Shown here in pieces: positions 40,282 to 56,149 of a DNA stretch of 64,000 nucleotides. This DNA comes from Chrysomallon squamiferum (taxonomy: Eukaryota; Animalia; Mollusca), in assembly GCA_012295275.1 (NCBI GenBank), contig CM022675.1:13640001-13704000 (forward strand), read 5' to 3'. Each line of letters starts with the position of its first letter. Position 1 is the stretch's first letter. The notes beneath the pieces were generated by a model, which had not been told where the DNA came from, did not search any database, and was given only the letters and a program-made list of their open reading frames with translations. The position numbers and the translations under genes were made by a program.

Positions 40282-41854
40282 GTAAGTTAAGTTCCATCTG
40301 TATTAATTGTTTCAAATGTTTATTTATTTATTTATTTTTTTATTATTTGCTTGTTTGTTTTATTTTTATTCATTTTAAAATTTATTTTAATTTTTTGTTT
40401 GAGGGAATTTTAAATTTTAATTTATTTAATTGGAAGCCAGCTTTTACTATTTTATTTTTTCCCCATAATTATTATTAATAATACATTTTATCAGTATATA
40501 TTTATTTTGTTTCGTAGCTTATTTTTATTACTGATTATAAAGGTCTTATTATGTTCTATTATTATTCCTATTTTTACTTCTTTGGTTGTCTTTTTTTTTC
40601 TACATTCATTTTATTTATTTGTTTATTTATTTATTTAACTTTTTCAGTGGGAAGGATAGCGACAGACAAAATACAAATTTATTATTTTTGAGAAGAGAGT
40701 TAGCAGTAATAAATAAATATTTTAATTGTTTTTATCTTAACATATAACAAAATGTATATGGTCGATAAAATTATTAATTCTAAATTTCTGCAATTATAAA
40801 TATGTTTAATCTGTTGATCTTTTAATACTGATCAATAAATAAAAAAGTTAAAATAGTAAATAAATAAAGAAAAAAAACCAAAGAAAAAAGAAAAGACAAA
40901 GAACAAAAAGGAGAAAACTGAGACAAAATAAAATAATATACAAGGTACATAACATTAATGACTTAAAACGATACTGTATTCTTATTAACTTATTTATTTC
41001 CTTTATTGCGTTTTTGCTAAATATAAACATTTTATTTTATAAACCAGTCGTCTTTGAGTTAAACGATTTGTAATTAGGCTGTGTGTCTCTGTTGATGAAT
41101 TTTGGGGCTTTTTTGTGTGTGTATATATATAAATTTACGGTAACTACCGAAAATATCATTTATCCTATAACATGCTGAAAATTTCGTTTTCTAAACCTGT
41201 GACCACTGACCACAAAAATTATAGTTATATAATTACCTATTTAAAAACTGATTTATAGAAAAAAAGAAATTTTAAGAAGAAAACTTTTATTTGATGCTAT
41301 GCTCTACAGATGAATAAATGTAAGATTTTATCTTTCTACGTAAGATTTAAACAAAAAAACCTACGTCACTGCGCAGTTTGTTACACTTTTTAGATTATTA
41401 AGAAGGAATACGTTATATATACCAGTTATGGACAGGGAAGCACATACCATGTTTTTTTTTATAAACGAGCATTGTTTAGATCGTGAAATAATAGACTGAT
41501 ACAGTAAAAGGTTTTGACTGATGGAAGCGCAAGCTCTGAATATTAAGAAAAAAAATTAAAATCTGTTCGAATAATAATAATAATAATTTAATATTAACAG
41601 GCGCCAGAAAAATTATTGTGACGTTTTGTGCCTTTTTTAGAAATTGGTCACAAGAAAAAATTAAACAATAAAATGAATATTGCTGAAACAGGTTTACACC
41701 TTATACATCAGAAAGATGAAGAAAAATGTGAAAGACTGACAGATAGACAGACAAAGAGACGTCTTTGAAACGATATACTACCATACGTTTTAATAATTAT
41801 AACTGTTGTAAATATTATAATTCAGTAAAGTATGATGCTTTAAAGATTTTAGAA

Positions 41855-41938
<84 letters not shown>

Positions 41939-42675
41939 GTCTTTTAAAAACCAAAGATATACATACATTGTCAGGGTGGATTAAATGGAAATAAGAAAAT
42001 GTAGACAGAAACAGTGAACGAACTAATGAGAGAGAGAGAGAGAGGGGGAGAGAGGGAGGGAGAGAGAGACAGAGAGAGAGAGAGAGGGAGGGAGAGAGAG
42101 ACAGAGAGAGAGGGAGAGAAACTGGTTGACATACGGAGAGAGACATAGAAACGAGTCATCAAAAATACTATTTTAACTGAAAACAACAGAATCTATTTTA
42201 AGAAAGAAAACTTGTTTCCACTTTATTTAAATATCTTCTCGTCTCGTGGACGACGTCAAGTACTGATTTCAGTGAATCTGTTAATTTGCTTTAAACGTTG
42301 TGTGTCACAACCTATCAGCGTCTCTTACACAAACCTTGCTGACCAGCGGATGTCCACTTAATGATCCGACTGGCGACAGAAAAGCAACAACAAACAAAAG
42401 AAAAAAAAATTAAAAGAGAGACATAGAGAGAGAGACAGAAACCAGAGAATTGTCTTTGGTGACGTCACAAGCAGAGTCTGACGTAACTGATTTTGTTTGT
42501 TTGAATGTTTTGACCTGTTAAACATTAGTTTTGTTATCTTTGATAAACTTGCGACTCAAACTTGTGAAGGAAAGTGTCTGGGTTTTGCCACGCCAGTTAG
42601 TGCAAAATAAATCACGTGATTTCAAACTGCTATTTCATTCTAGAGAGCAATCAAATAAATATGATGCGACACGAC

Positions 42676-42747
<72 letters not shown>

Positions 42748-44952
42748 GAAATAACTAAATAATAATAATAATTATTATTATATATATATATTTATTATAT
42801 AACGAATAGAAAGAAAGAACATCGACGTTCATTTTGTTTTATCTGGTTTAGTTATATTTTGGAGGTTGCAGACAATACACAGATCAAACAAAGACGCACC
42901 CACGTTCTCACCCCCACCCTCATTTATTTCTTGACCTGTGATTTTATTCTTTATCCTGACACGTATTTCCTCTTCAGAATATATGGCCACCTCGTTGATG
43001 ATTCTGCACTGTTTTTCAAAATCCTGAAACCGTCCTTCTATAAATTTATTTATATGATGATGAATATGATGATGTTTCGATTTGCTTAAAAGCAGAAATC
43101 TGATGGTATTAATAGTATTTATTACCTCTAAAAGTCACACATATGAATAACCGTGCACTGAGTGGAACTGGAGAAAAGTGCACGTATAAGGAAAAAGAAA
43201 TCCTATTTGGTATTTAACTGATCATTTATCAAAGTTTAGAATTCCTTGTCGTATTACTAATTTTTTTAAGTCAAATCTCCAATTTACACGCTAAAAAGTA
43301 ACTTCAACGACGTAAACTTCAGATAATGTAATAATCATAAATGTCAAACGCAGAACCACGCGAGAAAAAACGAGAGTGTCGCTGTTTGACCAATGGCGGC
43401 TTAAGATCAATCACGAAATGGAGTAGATAATTTATCCAATGATTTGCGTTGTAACTTTGCATTTTTAGACTGATACACTAATACTGATTAATGGACTGGT
43501 ATCCACAGAGAGTACTCCGCTGTTATTATCTGACACATAATTAGTTCTGTGATGTTTTATTATAGTATTAGTGTAATTGTCGTAGTTGTTACGGCGGATT
43601 AATATTGTAATGCGATTATTGGTTTAGCTGGTTTCCGTGTTCGAATCCTAGATGCAGCTAAACTGACATAATTTATAGTGATACACGATGTTTGCTTTTT
43701 TTAACATTCAACTAATGAAGAGGTTCCTGAGATCAAAATTGCACAAGCTTAAAGTTTAATTTTTAATTAATTTATTTATTTATTTTAATTTTTTTTTGTT
43801 TTTGTTGTTTTTTTGTTTGTTTGTTTGTTTGTTTGTTTGTTTATTTATTTATTTATTTATTTATTTGTTTATGTACTTATTTATTTACAGCTTAAATTAC
43901 AAAGATTTTGCAGTTATCGCTACCGTTCCTCGCTTCCGAATATTATCGAAAATAAACGAAAAATACCGAAAGTTCACATTTATTTCTAAGTTTTTTTTTT
44001 TTTTTTTTTATTTATTTATTTGTAAAACACATTATAACATCTACCACTAATTCTATATTTCTGTTATTATCTTTGTATAAAAAGCAGAAATATAAATTGT
44101 TATAAAATTACTTGTTTCTTTCGTTTTTATCCTTTTGTATGTCTTTCATTTTGTTGCTTCTTTATTTATTGCTTTATTCATCATTCATTTTATAACTGAC
44201 ATAAAAATAATTCAGAGAAAGAAAAGGAAAATAAAAAGTTAAAATAAGAGCAGATTTAACCAGGTTTCACTTTTCCCAATCAAATGTTTTGGTTTCTCGT
44301 TTACAAAATATTTTATCATAACATCTGCTGAAAAGAAAAAGAAAGACAACTCGTTCATGTTTAAAAATATCAGATCTTAACGAGATGAAAAAATTCTATA
44401 GCTGCTGAGTCGGCGGATGCCACTTATTCATTATTAAACTGATTGATTATTATTTGTTTAATTTTTGTTTAAATTTTGGGCTTATTGAGTAATACTGTCA
44501 GGAAACATGAGATATTTCTGGGGCGAACGGTTTTTTTAATTTGTTTTGTTATCATTTTTAAGTTGTATATATACGTAGTGTATACTGTATAATTATTTTC
44601 GCGGTTAAATATAAACACATGAGAATAAACATCCAAACACATATATGAAACGTGTATACATACATATACATACGCAAACACACACAAACACACAGTCACT
44701 CATTTTCCCAAATATACACAGATACACAGTCACTAAGACATATATACATAGAAACCTTTCAAGAAACCCACAGAAACATAAACAAGCATAGGAATATTCA
44801 AAATACACAAACACACACACATTTACTCATACACACACATACACAAAAACACATCACATACACAAATATATCAACGCACACACAAACGCGCGCGCGCGCA
44901 CACACACACACACACACGTACATTATATTAATTATTTGTTGTTTTGACTCAG

Positions 44953-45225
44953 ATGAACTCAAGGGTGCCGTGTTTGCTGTTGCTGTCGTGTCTGATGGTG
45001 TTGTTCACATCACAGAACACACTCGCTGACCAAGGGGACTTGAACAAAATGGTGAATCAACAACATCTCCTGTTTGGTCGGAGAGGAATCAACCCGAATA
45101 TGAACAGCCTCTTTTTCGGAAAGCGAGCTCCAGTGAACACAGGTTATGTTGACGTCAGAGGAATATGTGCAGTCATGATGGCAAAGTGTGACCGCTACCT
45201 ACAGAACGACCTCTCAGACAGCTAA
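44953..45225 (+). CDS. FFamide neuropeptide precursor (molluscan SIFamide-family), 90 aa
   Basis: Signal peptide MNSRVPCLLLLSCLMVLFTSQNTLA, then DQGDLNKMVNQQHLLF-GRR and GINPNMNSLFF-GKR (compare Lymnaea FFamide GLTPNMNSLFFamide), then a C-terminal peptide with a C-x6-C pair as in SIFamide-family precursors. The true ATG is at 44953, directly after ttttgactcag. Confidence 0.93.
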   Translation: MNSRVPCLLLLSCLMVLFTSQNTLADQGDLNKMVNQQHLLFGRRGINPNMNSLFFGKRAPVNTGYVDVRGICAVMMAKCDRYLQNDLSDS

Positions 45226-45356
45226 TAGCCAATCAGAGGTACCTCATTAACATAATTTATTATAATGTCTACCGATATTTCGCTCATTGCGTCTTTGTCT
45301 CTTCTGTTCAGTCTGTCTGTCTGTTTGTTTGTGCCTCTATCTCGTTTTCTTGTTTT

Positions 45357-45420
<64 letters not shown>

Positions 45421-46120
45421 GATTAATTAATTATTATAATTATCCTAATTACCTAAACATGAACTGTCCATATAACTTCTGTTGCAGAAGGTCAAAATAT
45501 AAAATATACAGCAACAACAGCAACAACAACAACAACAACAAGCATAATCAAATATCCCGCTATTAAATAAAACGTTTATATAACACTGAAAAAGAATTAC
45601 ATGTGAAATCAATTAGACAGTTTGATTCATGGTCACGAAGTTCGCCATATTTGAAGCAGCGTGACTCCGCGAGACGGAAGTGAGGGACGAGAAGATGTCG
45701 CGAGACTGAATTAGCGTTCGAGCACTCGCATCTGCAGACAATCTGTGAATCAACAGATCTGAAATTTACACAGTCACACAGAAATACACATACGTTCATC
45801 CATCATATATACATAGATACATGTATGTAAATATGCATACACTCATACACACACACATACATACATATATACACATAACATACATACATGCATACATATA
45901 TACGTATATACACACATAACACACATAAATGTACGCACGTAAATATAAACACATACACACAAACATCCATATATACACACCCCCAAATACTTACATATAC
46001 ATTATACATACGCACTATACGCAGGCATATACATATATACATATATATGTACACAAATACTCAAAAAAAAACACACACAGACATCCCCATAAAACATAGG
46101 CACACACGTCAGACATACAT

Positions 46121-46160
<40 letters not shown>

Positions 46161-46274
46161 ACATACATATCCTAACGCCTTCTTACAAACACATAAACAC
46201 ACACAGACAAAACAACATTCATCTACCAATTTACGCACTCAAAGACAAACAAACACACACGCAAACACAGAAAC

Positions 46275-46314
<40 letters not shown>

Positions 46315-47006
46315 TACAAACTATATTCACGTCTACCAATCAATGCACTCATAAACTACACAGTCATACATCGTGTTAAATCCATCAGACATTTGACAAA
46401 GTAAAAAAAAAACAGAGAAAAAAACACTTGAGACATCCGCGGGTTTAACAGACACTGTAATACCCCAGCATGCAAACTGTTTGCTTGGAAAATCTGTCCT
46501 TTGGCTGCACGCGACTGTTTTATATATATTTTTATTATTTCTTAATAACTGACTCAGCTCGCTTTTTTCACATCAACAGTTTAATAAGGCAGTGACGTTT
46601 ATCGATTCCAGAGAAACAAAGAATATACGTGTAGGTCAACTAGCTATTTTTTTTATTTATTTATTTATTTATTATTGTTATTTCAAAACCTTTTCGCTTT
46701 TTTTTTTTTTTTCTTTTAACTTTTTTTATCACCTGCTTACAGCCACGTATGCGAATATTAATTTATTATTTTACCTGTATGAGATTTATTTATAATAAAA
46801 AAAGAATAACAAATATTAAATAATAATAAAAAAAATAGAAGTACCTTTGTGTACTTCATTGATCTAGTTAATTGAAAATGACAGATTTATTTTTTAATGA
46901 ACAGGTTTATTATGGGATTACTTTTGTTTTGTGTTTGTATTTTTATTATATATTTGTTCGTAAATTCTCTTTACCAACCTTTGATTATTGTTATTATTAT
47001 TATTAC

Positions 47007-47054
<48 letters not shown>

Positions 47055-48169
47055 CATCATCATCTTCAAATTATTAGTATTAGCATTAGAATTAGTATTA
47101 TTGTCATCATTATTATTATTATTATATTTTTATTTATTTATTTATTTATTTATTTACTTTCAGACTGTCTCTGTGAGGTACCCTCCATGGATGAAGAATA
47201 ACATCAGTGGCCAGATCATAAACAAAGACTAGTAGACTAAAACAAACATTAATAAAAGACTCAAATTCTTATTCCAAAATTTTTCTCCGGAAAGATTTTG
47301 CAATGAGAAATCAGCGCTGAAATTTTAGAAATCATGTTTAAGAAGAAGAAGTAGAAGATGTAAAGTTTAAATTTTAAACTCTATAAAAATAGAAAGAAAA
47401 CCGTGTTGCAAATGAATATTATGTTTAACATTAATCAAATAAACTGAAATTCTTGCCTTTGACTTACATTTCTCCGTTAATAATAATATTTCTAGAGAGG
47501 AAACCCGCTTTTATCGCTCTTCGAGTTCCAGCTGTAGATGAAAAACATGGAAAGTTAAATTATAAGTAAGAGAGAGAGAGAAATCATGCAAAGAAAACAA
47601 ACAAATAAATAAATTCTGAGATAAATAAACACACAATAAAAATGAAAAAACAAACAAAAAACAATACCAACAACCCCCACAAACAAAAACAAGAAATAAA
47701 TAAATTAGTAAACAGAAGAAGAAACAAACCAACGATCGAGAAAAAAAAAAAAAAAAAAAAAATAAATGAACGTTTCTGAATAACAAAAACGTTTAAATAA
47801 CCAATAGCTGCTGATCTACACGTTATTAGGGATGGGGGGATTGAAGCCTGAACTGTCATGGGGGGTCTTCACAGCTAGCAAAGAGGCCCGAAATAACCAA
47901 TCTAACCTTCTTCACTGAAATTTTTTCTATGAGAAATCACTACAAATATTTCAACAAATTTAACCATGATATTTTTTTTTTTAATTAAAATTCTAAATTC
48001 GGTTGTGGATGTCCTCCACGATAAGGGGCTCTGAAGCATAAAATTAGAAAGAAAAAAAAAAAAAAAAAAAAGGAAGAAGTAAAGAAAAAGAAGAAGAAAA
48101 GATATAATAATAATAATAAAATAAAATAAAATATAATAAGATAAAATAAAATAAAATAAAATAACTACG

Positions 48170-48201
<32 letters not shown>

Positions 48202-48357
48202 TACATACATATATAAATAAATAAATAATATATAAATAATTAAATTATCTTACGTAACATAAATTATAAAGTAAATACGAAAATAACATTAACAGCAACA
48301 ACAATAATAGTAATAAAGATAATGACAATAAAATTGAAAAACATGTTGATGATGGTG

Positions 48358-48389
<32 letters not shown>

Positions 48390-49096
48390 CGGTAATAAGT
48401 AACTGTTGCATGAGACCCGACATCACAGAACGAGCTAAAAGTAATAAAAGTTTACATCTCTTCTATTCTCTATTCTTTTGTCTTTTATCTAGTTTTAATG
48501 TCGTCTGTCGAGTACTATTAATTTAAAATCCTTTTTTCAGTTTACTGTGTTCAGCCAAACGTAACAGAACGAAATAATTTTATTTGTTTTATTTTTATTT
48601 TTTTATTTTATTTTATTTTATTTTTTTCGCAGACGAGAAGATTTGTTCGGTCGTCCGAAAGATGTAGTTTGGTCTCGAAACTGTCATAACATGTCGAATT
48701 TCTTGAATCCAGACCTGAACTATTGTTATTTATTTCTTAAATCTGTCATCATGACGTCATGTTCACAGCTGAATTATTTCTGTCGGGTTAAATTCAGTTT
48801 ATCTTGTGTGACAGAACGTCATCTATTTTCGTTGTAACCTATAGTCGAGCTCTTTATTCCAAAACGCGAATTGATAAAGATGTTTTCCTAAATCCATCGA
48901 AACAATTAAAAATCTTGTGTGCATGGCGGAAAATGGTGTTTATCCGTTGTTTACAGAACATTTTCATTATCATCGTTTCAAGTGAATTTCAGACGACATA
49001 CATTACTCGCTCTGATTAGATTATTTTTATGATCCAGTAAAATGGTTATTTAGATAATAATAATACAGATAAAATACAAAACAGTGTACTGAAAAT

Positions 49097-49175
<79 letters not shown>

Positions 49176-49650
49176 AGATTTATCAAACTGTCGGTTAAGC
49201 CTGCATCATGGAATTCCTAATTTCGCGATGTAACGACGACACGTTATTACAAACGAGAACAGCGAGTAATTTGTTTTTCTCGATATATACCTCGCTCGCT
49301 TTTGTCAAGCAGACGTCATCTAGTAACAAGATCGGAATGCCTCTTCTTTGAAGTCCTGACTAGCACCGCAGAATGACAATAGTCGTTTAATGGCGTTTCA
49401 GAAATGGACCAGTCGCTTCGGTAATAAAAGAAAATAAACGAAGCGGACGGAGAAAGAAATTAAAATAAAAGTTATGTACATCATCCTATTTTCAGATTTA
49501 CTATTTACGTGCGGATTCGCAGTGTCCATTGAAAACATCACCAAAAAAAAAAAAAAAAAAAAAAGAAATGAAAAAAATTGAAAAAAAAAGAAGAAGAAAA
49601 AAGGTAATAAAAAATAAAATTATGCGTCCAACAATTAAGTTTTGCACTGT

Positions 49651-49720
<70 letters not shown>

Positions 49721-50808
49721 TCTTACTACTACTACTACTGCTACTGTTGCTAATGATAATAATAACAATAATATATATATAATAGAATAATAACTAAAAT
49801 AACAATAATAATGATAAGGTAGAATGTAAAAAACTCAAATTAATTTTAAAAAGTAAATATAAAAATAAGACAAAAAACAAAACAAAACAAAACAAAAAAA
49901 TACAAGAAACATAAATTATTTCAAATAAATTATAAAGTAAATAAGAAAATAAATATTAACAATAACAACAATAATATTAATAACAGTAATAAAGATAATG
50001 ACAGCAAAATTAATAATAATAATAATAACAATAATGTTGATGATGACGATGATGATGATAAATAAGTAAATAAATAAATAAATAAAACGAAACAAAATAA
50101 AGTAATAAATAAAACAAACTAAAAGCTTCATAACAACGTAACTGGAGTTATCTTTCGTCTAAGCTCTGCAAATACGAGTAATTTGATTGGTTAGCGCTGT
50201 CGGGTCGTGACGTAATTGATGAGTGAAAGTAGCCGCTAAGGAAAATGGCGATTTTTTTTCTACGAGAAACTTGAAAAGGTGATCCGTGCTGAAGAGAGTC
50301 TGTTGACAATCTGTTTTAGAGAACGAACGAGATTAAAAAAATAAATATGAAAAACTGAAAAGGGAAAAAAAAAAAGTGTTCATTATATAATCTGGTTTGT
50401 TGTGTGTCAAAAAATGTATTACAATTCCAAAAGTCTATACGTATGTGCGTGAATGAATGTATATGAGTGCATAGAAGTATGCAAATATGTGTGTGTGTAT
50501 GTGTGTGTATATATATATATATATTTGCATACACCCGTGCACTCACAATCTATACACACACACACACACACACATATATACACACACACATGTGTGTGTG
50601 TACATAACTCGTGCACTCACAATATATATATATACACACACACACATACAGATACATAAATAAGTAAACATATTCACACACAAGCATGCACACACGCGCA
50701 ACCGCTCTCATATACATACCCACATACTTACATTACCAATCAAAAACAAACATTTCTGTCTTTCCTTTTTATTTTACTCTCTCTCCGTTTATTTACATCC
50801 ATATATAA

Positions 50809-50898
<90 letters not shown>

Positions 50899-51249
50899 GT
50901 CTGCCTGTCTCTTTGTCATTTGCTCTCACTATCTATGTCTTTGCCTTTCTGCCTGATTTTGTCTTAGTCTCTCTCTCTGTTTATCTCTCTCTCAAACTTT
51001 TTTACCAGACAAGAACATTCACCACCATTGCTAAATCTCTTGAACTTCCTGCGCATCATTACCCTCATATCACCCCCACACCCACACACACACACACACA
51101 CACACATACGTCACATTCTCTTGGCCCGGTCAGAGCGCAGCAAACCAAGTTAGGTCGGTCCTTTTCACCCATTGGTCGATATTTGATTTAGAGCTGCGGT
51201 CGAGTATCTTTTTAGTGTCATCACATCATGACAAGGTCATTGTAGGTCC

Positions 51250-51265
51250 TCACCAGGGGGCGCTG
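51250..51265 (+). promoter_or_regulatory. CTCF-like motif within a GC-richer regulatory island (51120-51500)
   Basis: TCACCAGGGGGCGCTG versus the CTCF core CCACCAGGGGGCGC (one mismatch). A CAAGGTCA nuclear-receptor half-site is adjacent. Confidence 0.5.
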
Positions 51266-51620
51266 CTAACTGGTCCTCACTCTTTCATACGCACAAAGGG
51301 CTGGGAAATTTTGACACGAAAGTGCAAGACGAAGAAGAGAGAGAGAGAAAAAAAATGAAGATCAGCTCATCTTCGTTGATTAGACGTGAGTTATTCATTT
51401 CAGTGCGGTGGCAGAAATGAACACTAGTAGTGAGGTTAATAGCATATGCAACTGCAGGTTGCTCTGGGGGGAGTGGCTTGGCTGGAGGGATGAGAGGTAT
51501 AGAAATGTCAGCTAGAAAAAGAAACCGAGTGAAAATGAGTGCAGTCTAGAACGTAGATGTTTGTTGCAGTAATGATGTTAACGTTGAAGACACAACAACA
51601 GCAACAGCAATAATAATAAT

Positions 51621-51662
<42 letters not shown>

Positions 51663-51950
51663 AATAATAATAGACAAACAAACAAACAAAAACCCAAGAA
51701 AAAACCAACAACAAACTAATTCTGACAAAGTTAATTAATAGAATGAACTAGAACTAAATAAATAAAGAAACAAACCAGAAAATAAATAATAAAACAAAGT
51801 AAACCAACGAATCAACCAACCAACCAAGCAACAAACAAACAAACAAACAAACAAAGAGATAAATAAGAAAAATAAAAACTTGCGTCTTATCATGACATCA
51901 CTTTTCTGTCAGCTTTTGTTATCACTACTGAATTTCTAATTATAGAAATG

Positions 51951-52044
<94 letters not shown>

Positions 52045-52351
52045 ACAAAGTAATACAACTTTCCGATCTTGCCTGTTTTTATTTATTAAACGAAATCATT
52101 ACTTCAGAATAATCGTGATAAATAAACGTTGTTATATAACACGTTACATTTGATATGTGATACAGTCAGAAATTCTGAAAAGAAAATAAGTGACATCTTT
52201 TTCTGCTTTGTTCTTTACGATTATTTCTTGAATTATTTATTTGTTTATTATATTCTTTAATCATCTTATAAAGCGTGAATCCATTGTCATATCAGTTTGT
52301 AGTTTATTACAATTATTGTTTATTATTATTTCTTTTTATTTTATTATTGTT

Positions 52352-52386
<35 letters not shown>

Positions 52387-52440
52387 TGCTACTACTACCG
52401 CTACTACTGCTACTGCTACTACTACTACTATTACTACTGC

Positions 52441-52492
<52 letters not shown>

Positions 52493-53633
52493 ATTTAATC
52501 TAAACTGGATACAGTTTTATATTATATTAAAATTTTAAAAAATCTTCGTCCGTGACGCCATGGCGGTGTTTATAGCAACGGCTTCGACGACGTACCAGCT
52601 ATTTGCGTCTTGTATGTGTCATATTTATCATTCTCACTGTAATGGAAACATCGGGGCGCTCAATTGTAAGAAAAAAACTAAAAACGAAGCATAATTAAAT
52701 TTAAAAAAATAAAATAAAATAAAGATTAAACAAAAAAAAAAAAATAAATAAAAGAAAAAGGAAAAAAATGAAAGAAAAAAGAAAAGAAAAAGCATGTTTG
52801 AAAAACGGTGTGCTCGTTGTTTTTTGTCTGTTTGTCTGTCTATCTATCTACATATCTATCTGTCTGTCTGTATGTATGTGTATGTATTAGAATATTTTTA
52901 TTTTGTTTTCTTCTTATTAATATAGTTATCGTCATCATCATCATCATCATCATCATCATAATTATTCAATTTCGTTTATCGTTTTTCTTTCATCTCTTTT
53001 TTTTTTCTTTCTTTCTTTCTTTATTCAAACGATCGATATCTGTAATGGTGCTTTGTGAAGATTACTAATCAAACTTGATAATACACACATGAAATGCAGA
53101 CGCGAGTTCACTGGAGTGGTTTCAAATGTGCGTGTGGTACAACAAATACACTATTGTATGCTCGCGCCGTCGTCACAATTCATATTACTACGCGTGACTA
53201 ATTGACATTTCCGGCGAATATGACCGAGGATATACAATATAGTTCAATAGTGACTGTTTTATATTAATATTACTTTATTTTATAGCTCTGCATTATTTTA
53301 TTATTAAAAGGTGTTTTGAAGTGAGGGGAGCAGATTTCTTTCTTTCTTTCTTTCTTTTTTTTTTTTTTTCTTTCTATTTTTTTTTTTTTTTTTTTTTTTT
53401 ACGTTTTCTTTCATTAATGTTCAATATTGTTTGTTGAAAGCAGGCTTATGAAACAATGACGTTTTATTGACGTCATCTATTGATTGTGACGCAGATAGAA
53501 TCGCGAGCAGGTTGTGAAAAGTGTTAAATATAGAAACACTATGAAATGTGGAAAATTGGTTATGGATCGTTTGTAAAAAGAAACTATTCAAAACTTTACT
53601 GACAAGGTGAAAATTGAAAAAAAGAAAAAATGT

Positions 53634-53933
<300 letters not shown>

Positions 53934-55243
53934 ACGATGATGAAAATTGTTTTCAATTCTCCGCGAATGTGAAGTACTCCACCCCTAAAACTAACCTTGG
54001 AGCGTGCACGTGAGACAGAAGCATGTGTTTTGTTAATTACAACCATCAGGTAACAAAAACAGACAGATAATGTCTCCACTCTGCAAATGTCAAAACACGT
54101 ATTTCACACTGGTTATAAAACAAGAATAGTACGACATTGATCTAAACATATTTAGTGGAAATAAGGAAACGCACGAGGACTTTTTAAAATAAGATTTCCA
54201 TGAAAAAGAGGAATACGTCGCGGCGTTTCCTAAACTAAGCAAGTGCTCTGTCTAGATTGGGAAATAAAGGAAACGGGTCACTGAAGAGAATAGATCCTGA
54301 AATTCTCAAGAATATACCAACAGAGACTAAAACACTAAAGAGAAGAATGTAACACGTTAATAAATTAATAACGTTGATCAATTTGTGTATTTCTAATTTT
54401 CCAAATTTACAACAGCAACAACAACGACCACGTCACTGTAATTTTGTTGCATATAAATTAGTGTTGGATGTCGTTAAACAATTTTTCATTTACTGCCCCT
54501 CCCCGTTGAAGAAACCGATCCTGGCATTTTCACCTGTTTTGTTTCCAGTCGTAATTACTCTCTTCACTTCTCTCATTACACGAAACCTTTGTTTTGTATA
54601 ATAAGTACATTACCACCCATTATACGTCGTTATATTATTATTTTCTAATTTCTTTCGTATCTTTTTTTTTTTTTATGTTTATGCTAAATGATGTTGAACG
54701 TACAGGTAATTTTTTGTTGTTGCTTTTTTTGAAAACATGATAAAAAAAAAAAGATATCCACATATTTCACATCAAATATTAAACGCCATATCGTGCAGTA
54801 AATTCATTTCTGATAGTGTGACCAGCAGCAACAACAACAACGACAATAATAATAATAATAATTATTATTATCATCATCATCATCATCATCATCATTATTA
54901 TTATTATCATGATCATTATTGTTATTATTGTTGTTGTTGTTGTTATTATTATGAGAATGCTGGTAATGATTATATTAAAACAAAACTGAAGAAAATATGA
55001 ATATAAAATAAAATAAAATAAAATAAAATAAACACAAAGTACTTAGATACCGTACGTTCAAGAACTGCGTCACTTATAAATGCTATGTTTGAAATAAATT
55101 ATTACTTATAAACATAGAGCTGCCTAGCAATACTTCTATTCTCATTACGTCATAGATAATATCGGTAAACCCCAGTTACGTCATCAGAAGAGAGAAGATA
55201 CATTTTCTCTCTCTCTTTTCTATTTCTTTATTTTCATTTTCAT

Positions 55244-55274
<31 letters not shown>

Positions 55275-56114
55275 TTCACTTTTTTTTTTTATTATTATTA
55301 TTTGTTTGCTTGTTTGTTTGTTTGTTGTATTTTTTCTTTTAAATTCTTCTCAGGTTTAGACGTTTAAATGAAATAAAGAAGCTTTCAGTTGTTTTCAGTC
55401 CCTCGAGAAATCATTCAGTATCGTTTGTCTGAGGTACACTCAGTCACACTCGCTGTTAGAAGCTAACACCAGTCAGCTTACGCAAAGATCACAGCACTGC
55501 AGCAAATAACAGTACCGCAGCAAATGATTTTCTCGTTTATGGTTTGTTTATTGCCGTGCAGAGGCAAATAATTTCAGATGTTTTAATTCGCTGAGTACTT
55601 TCAACTGTGACGAGCTTGTAACACACAGTGAATTAAAGAAAAAGACCCAAGTCTAAGAATATCATTTAAAAAAAAAAAAAATTATCTTACAGAAGAAATA
55701 TTAGTTATTTTTTGTTTGTGTGTATGTGTCTGTCTCTCTCTCTCTCTAAATACATTAGTATTCTTTTCCTTATTTATTTTATTTAACATTTATATGTCAT
55801 TTTGGACTTGTTTCTTAATTTAGTTATTTGTTTCTTTAATGTATTTATTTATTTAGTTTGTTAGTTATTTTTTCTTTCAATATATATTTATTAACTATAT
55901 ATATATAATGATTATCGTGCTGGTGGTAAAAATAAAGTGATTTTTGTTGTTGTTTTTCTATATTTTCCTTGTCCAATGGCCACCTTTCTTCAATACTGTT
56001 TCTCAGTCTTTCCCTCTATTTTACTTTTCTCTTCTCTCTCTCCCTCTCTCTCTCTTTCTTTCACAGACACACGCAAACACAAACACACATAGACACACAT
56101 ACATACACTCATCT

Positions 56115-56149
<35 letters not shown>

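Noticed and set aside
43585-43665. GTTCGAATCC B-box suggesting a tRNA gene
   Set aside because: No cloverleaf, acceptor stem or properly spaced A-box can be built; at most a SINE/tRNA relic.
44944-44952. ORF-track start (MTQ...) for FFamide
   Set aside because: A TTG start inside the intron's acceptor region; the real ATG is at 44953.
47164-48720. Strong acceptor-like sites (47163, 48632) followed by complex sequence between the neuropeptide genes
   Set aside because: Short frames closed by stops, with no recognisable protein similarity or consistent donors; polypyrimidine-AG arises readily next to (ATTT)n tracts.
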